Shown piece after piece: positions 37,571-50,882 of a stretch of 64,000 nt of DNA. Origin of the DNA: Lama guanicoe (lineage: Eukaryota); the NCBI GenBank assembly GCA_013239625.1, contig MU056050.1:5713366-5777365 (forward strand), read 5' to 3'. The notes under the pieces are model-generated. The model worked only from the letters and a program-made list of their open reading frames with translations. It ran no database searches and had not been told where the DNA came from. The translations under genes were made by a program, and so were the position numbers. Numbering within the stretch: the stretch's first letter is position 1; each line of letters starts with the position of its first letter.

Positions 37571-40449
37571 AAATCATCCTTACAATGACATGCCATAAGC
37601 CGTAGCCACGTGAGGAGATCAGGTTTGTAAGGACATAGAGAAGCATCTCTGTCCTGTCTATGTTGCCTTGGTGATAGAGGAAAGTGGCTAGGGATTTGTG
37701 TACTGATGTTAATTACACATAAATATCTCAGGTAGTTGTTTTTGTTATTATTGCCATCCGCTAGAGGCTCTGATTAATACTTCCTTCCCTTGTCTCCGTG
37801 CACTGCCTCTTCAATCCTCTAACGTCCATAGTAAGAGTGAGCCTCCTTGAATGGCTAGGCCTCAATTTCTCTGTATCCAGATCAACTTTGGCTCAAATGC
37901 AAAAACTAACAGCAGGTAAAATCTAGCTAATACCAGGAAGAAAATAGAATCACCATCAAGTGGTAAGATTATAACAAAGTGGACACTCTCAACCACACTT
38001 TTTAAAACACATAGATTCACTAATTTTACTGGTATTTGTTATCTCCATTCATACACTCAAAACATGACCTGTAGAGCCTGTCAGGGAAATTACGCTAGTA
38101 TTTTTGTTTGTTTTCCTGCATCACTGCTGGGAGTTTGACACACTTTCAGAGCTGGCAGCAATGGTACCACTTTACGTTTGTATGAAAATTGTTTTCAAAG
38201 CACTTTCACATAGACAATCCTCATGATAACTCTAGGGGAGAGAATCTGCAGAGAAGTGACCCCCAAAAGATAGAAAGTCAAAAAATGACAGGTTGAGAGG
38301 CTGAGGCAAAGTGACAGACTGCACTAAAGAGAAAGACAGAGACAAGCAGGCAGAGGCAGAGACATGGAGACCGAGAGAGGTCATCTGAAGTCACCAAATG
38401 TGAGGTAACAGAATTCAACAGCAGCCACAAGCGTCAACTAGGCAGGAGCCATCAAAGCAGAACGTGGGTGAAAGGAAAATGCAAAGGGGCAACAAATCAA
38501 AGACCTTCTCAATGAATAAACCCTGAGCTCGGCCCTTAAAGAGGGCAAGGCGCTGTCACCAAGGCACTCTTCCTGGTTGTCTTACTCAGAACATCAGTGA
38601 CCTCAAACGGCAAGCAGACAGGGAAAATACATGACCGAGGGAAGCCTGAAAGATAAAGCTGATTTTCTCAATTTAAATCTTTCCTCCTTCCATAAACATA
38701 CAGCACAACTTCTCCCGCTGTTGTAATAAAGCCACTTTGAGGCGGGGCTGGCCACCGGACCATTTGATACAGGGCAACTTCAGTGTGTGCTACTGATTTC
38801 CATCAGGCAAGAAAAATTGATCAAACTTTGCTTTTGACAATTAAAGCTGCTATAATATCAAATATTGTTCTCTAAGCCACATCTTGCCCCTGCCCTCTTT
38901 TGATAGACTCTAGTCTTCACACACGATTCCCCCCTCATCCTCCAAACACACACACAAGAAAAAACTCACCCATCCCTCGAACCTCACTGGCCCAGGCATT
39001 AAGCTCCACGTGGGATGCAGCCTGTCAAGCAGGACAAAAACTTCAAGTGAGGAGACTGCTGTTCCTCTGCAAATAGTCAAAGTTGACAATGGTGCATTCC
39101 AGTAAGAGTAGGTGTCAACTCTCCCACCCATCTTCCTGGCATTCTTCGTAATGCCTTTCCTTCTGGCATCAACAGTCCAGGTCTGACATCTTAGGTACTG
39201 CTGTGGCAGAAGCTATAATGAGATTTGATGCCCTTTTTAAGGCTTAAAAGACTGTCTTTTCCTGGCGAAAGTGCTGACCTTCAGATTACCGTTAAGTACA
39301 AGAAGACACCGCTGCTACTTCATAAAACCAAGGCAGCATGCCCACTGCCGCCCATCCTCCGTGGGTGAAGGGGTTCGCTGGCAGCAAAGTGCAACTGATG
39401 CCAAAGGAAAGTCATTAGAAACAGAAGCAGGGGGCATACAAACAGCAGCTTCCAACTGAGCTCAGCTAAGTTCCCCTCCTGATAGATGGGGCCAGGGTTC
39501 TGTGCTGGGAGCAAGGAAGGAAGTCGATCCCTAACTTTGATAAGCCTTCTGCAGAGGTTACCCGGTCACTAGAATGAAGACCTGGGGCGGGGAGTCAAAA
39601 GGACGGATAAAAGCCAGATCCGGATAGGCAGGTGGCTGTGACACTGGACCCCTGCCTGGTCTCTCTGCACCAACAGGCAATCCCTGACTGCTGTGTGGGA
39701 GGGAAATAACGCTGGTTCATGTTCTGCGGCACACTTCATGGAGGGGAAGAATAGCAGGGAACTGAAACACGGGGCAGCAGGTGGGAGAGGGGAGAGAGGT
39801 GCTGAGCGATCTGCATTGCACTGCAAATGGCACAATGACCAGAAAATTGAAGTCCCTGCGGGGAAGTGGCTAAAGGGCAGTACTATTAAGTAGGGATCTA
39901 GTCCACCTGGGAGACAATGACTTTGCTCTCCTCACTGCCTCAGACCTTCCCTTGGACAAGTCTGGGGCCCTAAACTCTGACCACAGCCTCAGTCCCTCAT
40001 CTTGTCCAGCTGTTTTAAAAACAACATCAGAGAGCAGACATAATAGGAAGCATCTATTTGCTCCATCCCAACAGCAAGATAACCAATTCAAAGGAACAAT
40101 GAAAGACAGTGGGCGAAATGTATTATGTTTGTACAAGAAGAAGAGCAAAGAGAAAATGTGCTTGAATAAAGGAGAAAGAAGACTTGCCTTGGAAAGCTTC
40201 AGATACAAGTTCCTCCCACAGGGCTAAGGATCAGGTAGATTGCTATCTTTGATTTATTGGCTAGATGTGTACAGAGCGATGCCCACGTGGACACACAGAG
40301 ACCCCCCCCCAAGACTCCCCACCTATAACGCAGCAGAGACGGTGTCACTGATTTCTCCCACCTTGTCAGAAAGCCTCGCTGTAAGTCAAAGGAAAACCTG
40401 ATGTGGTGGCCGATACACTAACTGAAGCATGGCCGTGCGGGAAGAGGAT

Positions 40450-40700
40450 GTGAATTTTTGAGGATCCAAGTCTGGAGAAGCCTGGGTTCAGCTCCTGGCC
40501 ATCCCCTTGTCTTCAATCCAAGATCTTGGATGAGAAGTCTCCACCCTCTGAACCTCACATTCCCCATCGACAACACAAGATCTCTAATGATACTTATTTT
40601 GTAGAACTAGTGTGAGGGTTAAAGGAGATACTGTAGGTAAAGTTCTCAGCACAGGTCACAGCACAAAATACTGGCAGTTACAATAACTATTGTTATTATT
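40450..40700 (+). mobile_element. MIR SINE
   Basis: cctgggttcagctcctggc ... ctctgaacctca ... gtgagggttaaa ... gtaaagttctcagcacag. Confidence 0.7.
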
Positions 40701-41769
40701 GCCACCACGACCGTAACAGTTCTCTCCACGGTTACCAATAGAGTAGAGGAGAGACACTGTTAAGAGCTCAGTTTTGGCAGCAAGACTTAAGTTTCTGTAT
40801 GTTCTCCACCACATCTGTCTCACAGAATTGTCAAGATTGAATAAGCAAGCATATGTGCAACACATAGAAATAATAGTGCCCGGCACAAAGGAAGTGCCAT
40901 GTAAATCTGAGCTACTATTATTAGTATTTTGGTAAACATCTTGACGGCTTGGCTTTTGGAGTCCCAACAGTACCTTCAGCTCACAGCACTGTGTCAGTCT
41001 GTATTGCGAAACCTATGAGTTCCACAAAAAGCCTGAACCTAACCACTAAAGCTTCAGCCCACAAATGAAGGTTTAGAACCACATCTAGTCGTTAAGATTC
41101 TGTCAGCAGAGGCAGAGGCCAGCGTACTCCTCCAGGATCCAACCCTCTGTCGTCTCCCATTTACGAGGCACTGAGATGCCATAGTAGCATCTGTCACAGT
41201 GGGTTACGTTATGTCAGTAGGACAACGCAACAACAGAAACAACTGGTTGTGGCATGTAAGAAAATGACAAATAAGTCCCAGGAATTTGAACAGACAGTTT
41301 TCTAAGGGGAAGGCAGGTGCTGAGCCAGGATGTGAGATGAAAACCACTTACAAATTGAAAGATGGAGAAAGGGTCTCTTCATTCTAAACATGGCCCTTCG
41401 CCAAGTGGAAATCCACATAATTTATATTTACAACCTTCCTTCTATTCTCTCAAGTGGCGACTGGATGTCTGAATCGGTGCCTGTAGTAACCCAATTAGTT
41501 CTGTCTTCCCTAGAAGGGACCTGTATTCCAGAATGTTCCCTCTCAGCACCCTCCTGTCTTAATGAAAATCCAAAATTCTATTCCTTCATTATGTGACCTG
41601 GGATATACAAGGCGGATCAGATCTTAAGGCATTACTCTTCTCAGAGGTATTTAGCAGTTTTAGCCTGGGAAAATGTCTGAGGAAAAAAAAAATTCAGGGA
41701 CTTTTCGACAGATAGATATGTGAAGACATTGGGCTAGTGGGGACCTTTGGAAGTGCCTACTGTATTTTT

Positions 41770-42380
41770 TCATTCTTTTTTTTCCAACAAATATATATTG
41801 ACACTAGGTGTTAACTCTTTCCCAGGCATAAAAACTTCAACAATAAAAAGAAAAAAAAAAGATAAGGTCTCTGAATTTAGGAAGCTTATGTTCTAGTTAG
41901 AAACAAACAAACAAAATATATATAGATACACATATATATAATTTTAGATTATGTGAGCATTATGAAGGGAATTTATTTAGCAGAGTGACAGAATAGAGGG
42001 GAACAGGGGTGAGGGGAACTGGAAAAGCAGGTAGTGTTGAGGGATGATTTCTATGAAGTAATGACATTTTACCTGACATGTGAATGGTGGGAAGAAGCCT
42101 ACCAAGCAGAGATTTGGATCGTGATAAAAAGCACTTCAGCAGGGAAAATAGCAAATTCGAAGGCCATATGAGGGGAATGAATTTGAAATTACAGAGAAAA
42201 ATGAAGAAAAGCAGCGTGGTGAAAGTAAAGGGAACAGACAGCGGAGTGGCCAGATAGAAAAGCCCGGAACCAGATGATGTCATAGAGCTGTAGGCCAGGA
42301 AAAGAGAATCTGGATTTAACTCTAATGGAAAGACTTTGGAGGGTTTTAAATCAAAGGGTGATGTGATACGATTTATATTA
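41770..42380 (-). mobile_element. L2 3' part
   Basis: ttccaacaaatatatattga ... gaagcttatgttctagt ... tggagggttttaa...gtgatgtgat. Confidence 0.8.
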
Positions 42381-42699
42381 TTGATGAATAAAGCAAAAAT
42401 AAGATAAGACAGGAGACATAGGCACAAAGCAGGTCATAGCCAAGCTTCATGAGTAAGTTGACTCACAAGACATTAGTCCATGAATCTTACATTCTTCAGA
42501 AGGAAAGTGGAGAAAAGCTTCTGGGATCTGGACACCATAACTTGGAAAGAGTCATCTTTTCATGGGCAAAGAACACTTACTTTCCCTAGAATACAGCTTT
42601 TGAAGCTTGTTCATCAATTCCCAAAGACTCTGGGCTAACGAGAACCTTAAAGGACCTAGTCTATTTTCCTTGATAATCCATGCTATATGCATGTGTAAG

Positions 42700-42870
42700 A
42701 CAGTGTTTCTAAAGATTCTCTACATGGACAATCTGTGGACCACCTAGGTCACACTCACCTTGTGGCTCTTCTTTAAACGTAGATTCTTAGTCCCAAATGC
42801 CAAACTTACTGAATTAGACTATCAAAGAATGTAGCTCAGGAATTGGACCCACTTTCATTAAACATTGACT
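42700..42870. mobile_element. MER5-like fragment
   Basis: cagtgtttctaaa...tgtggaccacct...tagattctta...acttactgaattagact. Confidence 0.55.
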
Positions 42871-43641
42871 ATTATTTCACTATGTTGTTCAGTGAAAGCA
42901 ATTAGGAAAGAGAAACAAAACAAAACAAAGCAAAACCTATTTGAAGACACTAAAAAGATACCAAGAGAAAATATGGAGGGCTAAAATCTGAAAGAAAGGA
43001 GAAGTCAAGAGAGGGGAGCCAGGAGTTTGGGGTTACTCTTCTCCTGAAGGGTTTGCCAATTATGAAACAGAAAATAGCATACTGAAGCTGAGAAGCTAAA
43101 AAGAGTGTTCTGTAATCTCACAGGGCTGAAAGGAAAAACACGGGAATTTGGGTCCTATGAAGAGGTTTTGTTAAATCTTACAGGTTGACAATTGGTATCT
43201 TCAAATGTGATGTCCTAACAGTAAGAATGAAGCAGAAACAGATGAAGTCTCTAATGGCTGAAGCCCAGATTTGAATAACTTTACCTCCTAGCCTGACTGC
43301 ATACTAGACACAAAAAATAAATCCCCTCTAGACAAAGGTAGCATCATTCAGAGTAGTGAATATCTTTATAATTATTCATATGCAATATATGATATTCAAT
43401 AAAAATAACCAATCATACTAAAGGACAAGAATTACCTAAACACTAAGAAAATGAAATTGACATACACTCATAGGAGATCCAGATATTAAAAGATACACAG
43501 GAAATCAAAATAACTATGATTAATAACAGGTTTCTGGATTTAAACAACAAGATGCAGAGTTGTGATAGGAAACTGGGACTTATAAAAGAAACTGTAAATT
43601 TTTAGAAATGGAAAGCACAGATTAGTCAAATTAAAAACTCA

Positions 43642-44077
43642 ATGCCATTTGCAGCAACATGGATGCTCCTAGAGAATGTCATTCTAAGTGAAGTAAGCCA
43701 GAAAGAGAAAGAAACATACCATATGAGATCGCTCATATGTGGAATCTAAAAAACAAAAACAAAAACAAACAAACAAACAAAAACAAAGCATAAATACAGG
43801 ACAGAAATAGACTCATGGACAGAGAATACAGACTTGTGGTTACCAGGGGGGTAGAGGGTGGGAAGGCATAGACTGGGATTTCAAAATTGTAGAATAGATA
43901 AACAAGATTACACTGTATAGCACAGGGAAATATACACAAAATGTTATGATAACTCACAGAGAAAAAAATATGACAATGAGTGTGTATATGTCCATGAATG
44001 ACTGAAAAATTGTGCTGAACACTGGAATTTGACACAACATTGTAAAATGATTATAAATCAATAAAAAATGTTAAAAA
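43642..44077 (+). mobile_element. Young lineage-specific L1 3' end
   Basis: atgccatttgcagcaacatggatg ... aataaaaaatgtt plus poly-A; TSD aaaaactca at 43633-43641 / 44078-44086; low divergence. Confidence 0.95.
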
Positions 44078-44511
44078 AAAAACTCAGTCTATGGGTTGAA
44101 AAGCAAATTAGACAACCCAGAAGAAAAGATTAGTAAACTAGAAGATATCAAAGTAAGTAATATATAGATCTGACCATACCTTGAATAGACAAAAGTTGGA
44201 CAATACTGAATGGACTTCAAGAGATATTTTGTACACAGCAAAATTTCTAAAAAAAAATGGATGACATGAGTCCCAAAAGGAGAAGAGAAGTAGAATGGGG
44301 CAGAAGTGATATTTGAATAAATAATAGCTGGTATTTTCAAAATTGAGGAGACACATCAAGGCAGATTTGAGAAGCCACAGGTTCCAGTTACCCAAGCAGA
44401 ATAAACACAAAGAAAACCACATTTACAAATATATCATAGTGAAGATGGTAAAAATTAACAAAGAGAAAGTCATAAAAAGGAGTTCAAAGACAACATTAAG
44501 ACTGATATATA

Positions 44512-44551
44512 TATATATATATATTGTAACTGACTATACTTCATTTAAAAA
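44512..44551 (+). mobile_element. About 40-bp L1 extreme 3'-terminus insertion with a (TA)n run
   Basis: ttgtaactgactatacttcattt plus an A-run; TSD actgatatata at 44501-44511 / 44552-44562. Confidence 0.7.
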
Positions 44552-44639
44552 ACTGATATATAGAAGATATTTTCAAAGGCAGGGAGGAAATAATTGCTAA
44601 CCAACAACTATGTCACTGTATATATCATTCAAAAATAAC

Positions 44640-45125
44640 GACAGAATAGAGCAATATAGGAAGGGGAGAAAAGAGTAACTTTATAGTAGAGAAACTTGGC
44701 AAATGCTACTTTACCCTAAGTCATTTTACTGTGTTCTTTTACCCTAAGCCCATCACCTTAGTCTACTGATGAGAAAAATGTCAGAGAAGTCCCAAACAAG
44801 GGACAGTCTACAAAATACATTGTCAGTATGGTTCAAAATTAACAATGTCATTAAAAATTTTTTTTAAAAAAAAGCAGGGAAAGGATCCAGGTACAAGGGA
44901 AAAACTAAAAACTGAGGGGGGGAAGAAGGAAATCTGATAACATACTGGCCTTAACAATAATATAGCAATATTGGTTCATTAATTGCAACAAATGTGTCAT
45001 ACTAATGTAAGATGTTAATAATAGTGGAAAACAGATACAAGGTATATGGGGATTTTCTATCATATCTTAATGATTTTTCTGTAATCTAAAACTCTTCCAA
45101 AATGAAACAAAATAATAAAGAAAAA
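44640..45125 (+). mobile_element. L1MC/L1MD-like 3' end nested in the L1M
   Basis: gtaactttatagtagagaaac ... ggttcattaattgcaacaaatgtgtcatactaatgtaagatgttaataat ... tctaaaact. Confidence 0.75.
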
Positions 45126-45621
45126 AGATGATGGAATAAACATTTTAATGGTAACAATTTGACATAAATAATCATCAACAGACCCACATTAATGGAGATG
45201 AAGTTAAGGGTGAAGAGCAAAGAAAAGATTAAATATATGGGTAAATCCAAGTAAGTATTGACTATGCAAAGCAGTAATAGTAGTAACTCCTTCTGGGGTT
45301 TAAAATATATATGATATTAAAATATGCAATGATAGTAACCCAAAGAGGGGGGTGGTAGATAGAGTTAAAGTATCCTCAGGGCAATGCTTTGTCTACGGAG
45401 TCAGAAAAATGTTAACTAATTTAATCTTTAATAAGTCAAAGGAGCATGTTATAATTTCTATCATAATCACCAAAAGAATAAGATAAAATATATATCAAAT
45501 AAACGAATAGAAGGGAAGAATAGTCAAAATATACTTAATGCAAACAAGGGAATAAATGTGAGATAAGGGAACATGTAATAGATGGGACGGATGACAGATA
45601 AAAACAACCAGTTAGAAGGTA

Positions 45622-45774
45622 CAGGCAACCCCCCCACATTCACAGATGCAGAACCCACAAACACGAATGGCCAATTGTACTATGACGTTTTGTATAACGT
45701 ACTTGAGCATCTGCAGGTTTTGGTATCCACAAGGGTTCTGGAACCAATCCCCTGCAGTTACTGAGGGATGACTT
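45622..45774. mobile_element. Tigger-family (MER2-like) non-autonomous element
   Basis: TA on both flanks; cttgagcatctgcaggttttggtatccacaagggttctggaaccaatcccc...ctgagggatgact. Confidence 0.85.
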
Positions 45775-48429
45775 TATACTTAAAGCTAAACAGATAAATA
45801 ATTTCACTAAATACACCTGGCAAAAATGCTCCAATAAAAATATATAGATTATCAAACTTGATTCAAAATAACTATATGCCACTTATAAGAGATTTACCTT
45901 ACCTATAAAGACACAGAAAGGCTGAAACATAAAGGACAGAATACCTGAAACAAAAAAATAAAAAAGATCCATCATGCTTCCATTAGAAAAGGAGAGCTGG
46001 TGTACTTCTAGTAAAACACAAAATGTAGACGTTAATATAAGATGCATGACTGATGACAGCGACCAATTTTGATGAAACATTCTATCAAGATACAATAATT
46101 TGTAATTTAAATGCTTCTAAGAACATGGCATTGAAGTATTTGGAAAAAAATTAAAAAACTACAAAAAGAAATAGAAATAAAGGTAGATTTATACCAGGAG
46201 TGCAAGGCTAGTTTAACTTTCAAAACCAAATCATTGCTATTCAATACATGAACAAAATCAAGTAAAAAATACCTCAATGAAGCAGACAAAGCATTTAATA
46301 AAATTCAGAATACAGTCATGATTTTTAAAAGTAACTCTTATCAATCTAATAATAAAAAGGAACACCTTTAGTGTAACAAAAGACTTAACATAGATCTCAC
46401 AGCAAACACAATACTTTAAGGTGAAATGCTGAAAGCTTTTTTCCCTGAGATTAGGGGTAAGACAAGAATGTTCCCTCTACCTGCTAGTATTCAGCACTGT
46501 ACTCAAGATACTTACTGGAGCCAAGAGGTCAAGGAAAAAACTGTAATTTTAAGGATTTGAAAGGAAGAAATAAATTCCTCTATATTTTCCGATAACAGAA
46601 TTGTACACATAGAAAATATAAAGGAACCTAAAAGTAAACTATAATGATTAATAATTAGCACCATGACCAGAATCACAGTCCATATACAAGATGTATTTTT
46701 ATATAGTATCGGCAAATAATGTGAATATATATATTTAAAGATACCATTTACAAGAGCAACCAAAAAAAAAAAAAAAGAAAAACCAAACACCTAGAAGTAA
46801 ATCTAATAAAAGATATGCTTTGTACAGAAAAATGGTAAGGCATTATTGGTAGAAAGAAGAATGAAATAAATGGAAAAATACACTAAGTTAGTGGATTGGG
46901 ACACTCAGTATTTTAAAAACGTTCATTCTCCCAAATCGATCTACCTACAGATTTATTACAATTCCAGTTAAAACCCTATGGTTTTAGTGGAAATTAGCAA
47001 CATAATTCTAACATATAAATGTAAATACAGCCAAGAATAGTCAAGGCAATCTTTAAAAGGAAAACAGTATGGAAGAACTTATACTACCAGATATCCAGTG
47101 CTTATTATGAAGCTACAATAATTAAGGTGGCAGAGTGTTAGTACAAAAAGATCAATAGAACATAACATGGAGTCCTGATATAGATCAACACATCTACGGA
47201 TACTTGATCAATGACGAATGTGGCACTGGAAAGCAGTGGGAAAAGAAAGTGTTGGATTACTTAGCTATCAACAGGGAAAAAAGTGAAATTTGACCCTTAC
47301 TACACACCATATACAAAAATGATTTTAAGACAGATTATAGTTCAACATGTGAAAGATGAAACAAAAATTCCAAAAATAACATGGGGCAATACTTTACAAA
47401 TTCTGAGTAAGAAAAGACTTCTAACTTGAAGGAAAATATGATGAATAGGTGTTTATTAAAATTAGTAGCTTCTCTTTAGAAGGAGACACCATTAAGAAAG
47501 AGAACATGCAAGCCACCAAATGGCTTTTGCAACATATGACTGACAAAGGGGGAGTATATCCAGAATAAAAAATATTATCAATACAATGTTGAACGAAATA
47601 TTCCATATTCAAAAGAGTACAGACTCTATAACTTACATTATATAAATTGAAAATAGGCAGTTAACTTAATCTATTGGAGACAGCAATCAGGATGGTAGTT
47701 ACCTCTGGGGAGATGGGTGGGATAATGAATATCAGGAGTAAAGGAAGTTTCTGGGACCTTGTAACACTATCTGTATTCACCTGTGTAATGGTGTTAACAG
47801 GCATTCTCACTTTGTGCTCACTTGACTGTCATTGTTCCTGTCTGGGTCAGGCAATCACGTCGTATCACATTGGACCTTCTACAACCTTCTTGGTGACTCA
47901 GTGCCCTCACCATCATGGCCATCTCTCCATTACAAGTTTAATATGATGATCAGCACAAAGCTTAGCATTTAAAGAGGGACCGACTTTTTTATTGACCTGA
48001 GTGAGAGGAAGAAAGTAATAGAACAAATAATAAAAAATGTAGCTATGTATGAAGGACAAAATGCATCCATCAATGCAACACTATTTGAGAACACATTATC
48101 AAAAAGCACAGAAATCGAAACATGGAAGACCAGTAGCCATTGCATAAAGTCCGGCCACCCTATCACAGAGGGGCAAGTAGAAAAGAAATGAGAAAGATGT
48201 ACATGACAACATTCTCCAGATTTCTCTTCCCATACGTTAAGACTCACTTCTATGACATAAAAACACACACCAAGGTATATTCATCACCTTCACCATCCCT
48301 GCTCTCGCCTTGTTTACAATCCCAATGTTAGTATCTTTGTTTCCTCACCGAAAGAACAGTTAAGGTCAGGTGCTTTTCCTTAAAGCCAAGGAAAGACAAG
48401 CAGGAAAGATTCATGCAGGAAATGGGCTA

Positions 48430-48570
48430 GTCTAACAGTTCTCAAAACAGCACTGTGAATTATAATCACTGAAGGAGTTTGTTAAAGTACAGATTCACAG
48501 GCCTTCCACCTGGAGAGTTTCCATTTTAAAAGTACCATAGGAGAGTCTGCCGCAGGTGGAAAAACACTGA
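48430..48570. mobile_element. MER5-like fragment
   Basis: agttctcaaa...aatcactgaaggagtttgttaaagtacagattcacaggcc. Confidence 0.55.
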
Positions 48571-50407
48571 TGACACTCAACACCCTACCTTCCCTGAGAG
48601 TGACTATTATTGTGCTATATATATTAACTCCAGGCCTAATTTTTTAAAATTTATTTTCAAGGTAGAGAAAATCTATAAAATCTACTAGGTATCATAATAA
48701 TTCCCTATTTTCTGAAAACTTGAACTTGGATTTGATTATTTTGCAATAGAATACCATTGTAACACACACTAAGGGAACCGGCTAGTAAAGGAAACCCACG
48801 GTGAGTCCTTCTGTAAAGTGAAAAATTACCCCTTGATTTATTTGTTGCATAAATCCTGATTCTCCTATGTGAGTTTACCTGCTGGGAAGAAATGTTCTCC
48901 CCACTGTCTAGGTCCTCTTGGCTAGCTTTCTGCTCAATATGTGACCTTATCACAATTCTGTGATTTACGAGGAACTATTTAGAGAAACAAACAGAGTGGC
49001 ATGTTAACTAGAGTGACTGGATTAAAGGACTGCCAGGAGTCAGTAAGACAAACAGATAACAGGAGCTTAGCCCTCTGTATGGAAGGAAAACAAAATAAAA
49101 GGAAGGAGGTTAAAACCAAGAGAAAACTTCTATACCTGTGAAGGGATGTGGCTCTGAGGCTCAGGAGAACTAGGCTTGACAACTTGTTTTTTTGCAAACT
49201 GTACAAGGAATGAGGGCACAAGACAGTCACGAGTTCCTTCAATAGCAAGGTAAGCTTAGGGACATCTATCACCGGATATAAGGTATGACCATGGAGGAAC
49301 TAGAAAGTGAAGACTAGTTAGAGAACCAAGAAGGGAAGGATGAAGGTCACAAAGGAGTCCGATTTGGAAGATATTTCAAGTCCATAGTACCAAGGTTGTT
49401 TGTATATTTGTTTCTCTTAAATACTCTGTGCCCCATGATAGCCTCAGACATACAATAGATTTGTTAAACTTAATGAAAGTAGTCAAAAAGGGTGGTATCA
49501 AAACCACCTACTGGGGACAGAATGGATATTGTATCTTGAGGTCACAACCCAAAAAGGAAGCCATGATGATTAAGTCATAGCACCAAGGACAAGAGGGGAC
49601 TTTTAAAATCATGCAGTCTACATAATAGCTCTAATAAGAAGCCAACACTTTGGCAAGGAAGATCTAAATGTCTGTCATGAAACTTGCGACACTGGGGTAT
49701 AAGCACAATACATGAGATGAGATAGAAAAGATTTCAACAATAACATGCAGCATATAGAGAATGTATAAAATTGTCAGTTCCCTTCCTCTTAATTCCCTAC
49801 CAATCTCAACTGATTTTCAACAGCCAGGATGCCTTTTTTTTCTCCCCCCTGGGAAAATAGTTTATTAAAATTTAGCAAGTGAGAAGTTCACAACAGACAT
49901 CAATTTGCCAGATACATTTACTTTGTAATAATTTTAATATTTCATTGAAACTGGCTAGTCAGAAAGAGAGATAGAGAGAGAGAGACAGAACATGAATGGG
50001 AAAGAAAGAGTACTGTGGTGTTTTTTACTATATAAATTACTGTTACAGAATAGGTTGATAATCCAATTTCATGATTATTCATTATGAGTTTTAAATTTAA
50101 TTTGATACTCGAAGCAATTGTACACATTCCCTCTCAACTCTAAAAACAAACAGATTAAAAAAAAACAATGAGGAATATTATTGTTCTTTGCCCTTTTTAG
50201 AATATGAAAATTAAGGCTCAGAATGTAGAAATGACTTGCCCATTTTATATGACTATTAAGCAGTCATAGTTTTCAAAACAAACTACTCTTTACTCCTCTG
50301 ACAACTGCCTTTCTAACCACCGCTCTTATCTCCTATCATCTTAATACAGGAAAAATGGATCATGATATTCAGAAGTCCAGAATCTGTCCTTTGAAACAGA
50401 AGTTCTT

Positions 50408-50882
50408 TTAGCATTTGATGGTCACTGGAGCAGATGTAACCATTTGCAGTTGGTCCCTGTTGCCTTCCCTCAGTCTGTCAGGAAGACAATGGACAGTATG
50501 GAGACTGGTGGCCAGAGAGAGCATGGAAACTGGTGGCTGGCTCCACAAGGATGGCAAGGGAACCCGAACACTTATGATGTCTGTTGGCAACTCCCGCGGG
50601 ACTGTAGGCAAGGTGTCCCTGGATCCTGAGGGTGTACGACCAGGGAGGGCCAGGCGCTGTCCCTGAATTCCTGCTGGCTGACCTGACCGGCGATGCCGTC
50701 TCCAACCACCGCTGCCAGGCCCTGCGGGGCAGCTGCCAGACGCTGCTGGCCTGGGGCCAGCACTTGGAGTCCTTCCTGCACTTGGAGGCCACCGGACTGC
50801 CCTCCAGGCCCTGGACTACCATGGAGAAGGGCATCCAGCTGGTGAGGGGGCCGCGCCTGCTGGACTGGATCCAGGATGCCTT
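50408..50882. pseudogene. Processed-pseudogene fragment, probably 5'-inverted; parent gene not identified
   Basis: 50632-50882 is GC/CpG-rich with mostly G/C-ending codons in the + frame (VYDQGGPGAVPEFLLADLTGDAVSNHRCQALRGSCQTLLAWGQHLESFLHLEA...EKGIQLVRGPRLLDWIQDA). It has no upstream splice acceptor and ends abruptly at ttttttaaaa. Left boundary uncertain. Confidence 0.7.

Larger units (their letters stand above)
42940..47810 (+). mobile_element. Old, heavily deleted L1M (ORF1, ORF2 and 3' remnants) carrying nested insertions
   Basis: A-rich strand with L1 landmarks (gaagaaaagattagtaaactagaag; ataccaggagtgcaaggctagtttaac; ggtgaaatgctgaaagcttt; gaagctacaataattaag; tacacaccatatacaaaaat). All reading frames are broken. 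Confidence 0.85.

Noticed and set aside
50839..50847. Possible donor CTG|GTGAGG within the GC-rich insert, suggesting a real exon
   Set aside because: No pyrimidine-tract acceptor upstream, and coding-like sequence continues past it; a retrocopy explains it better.
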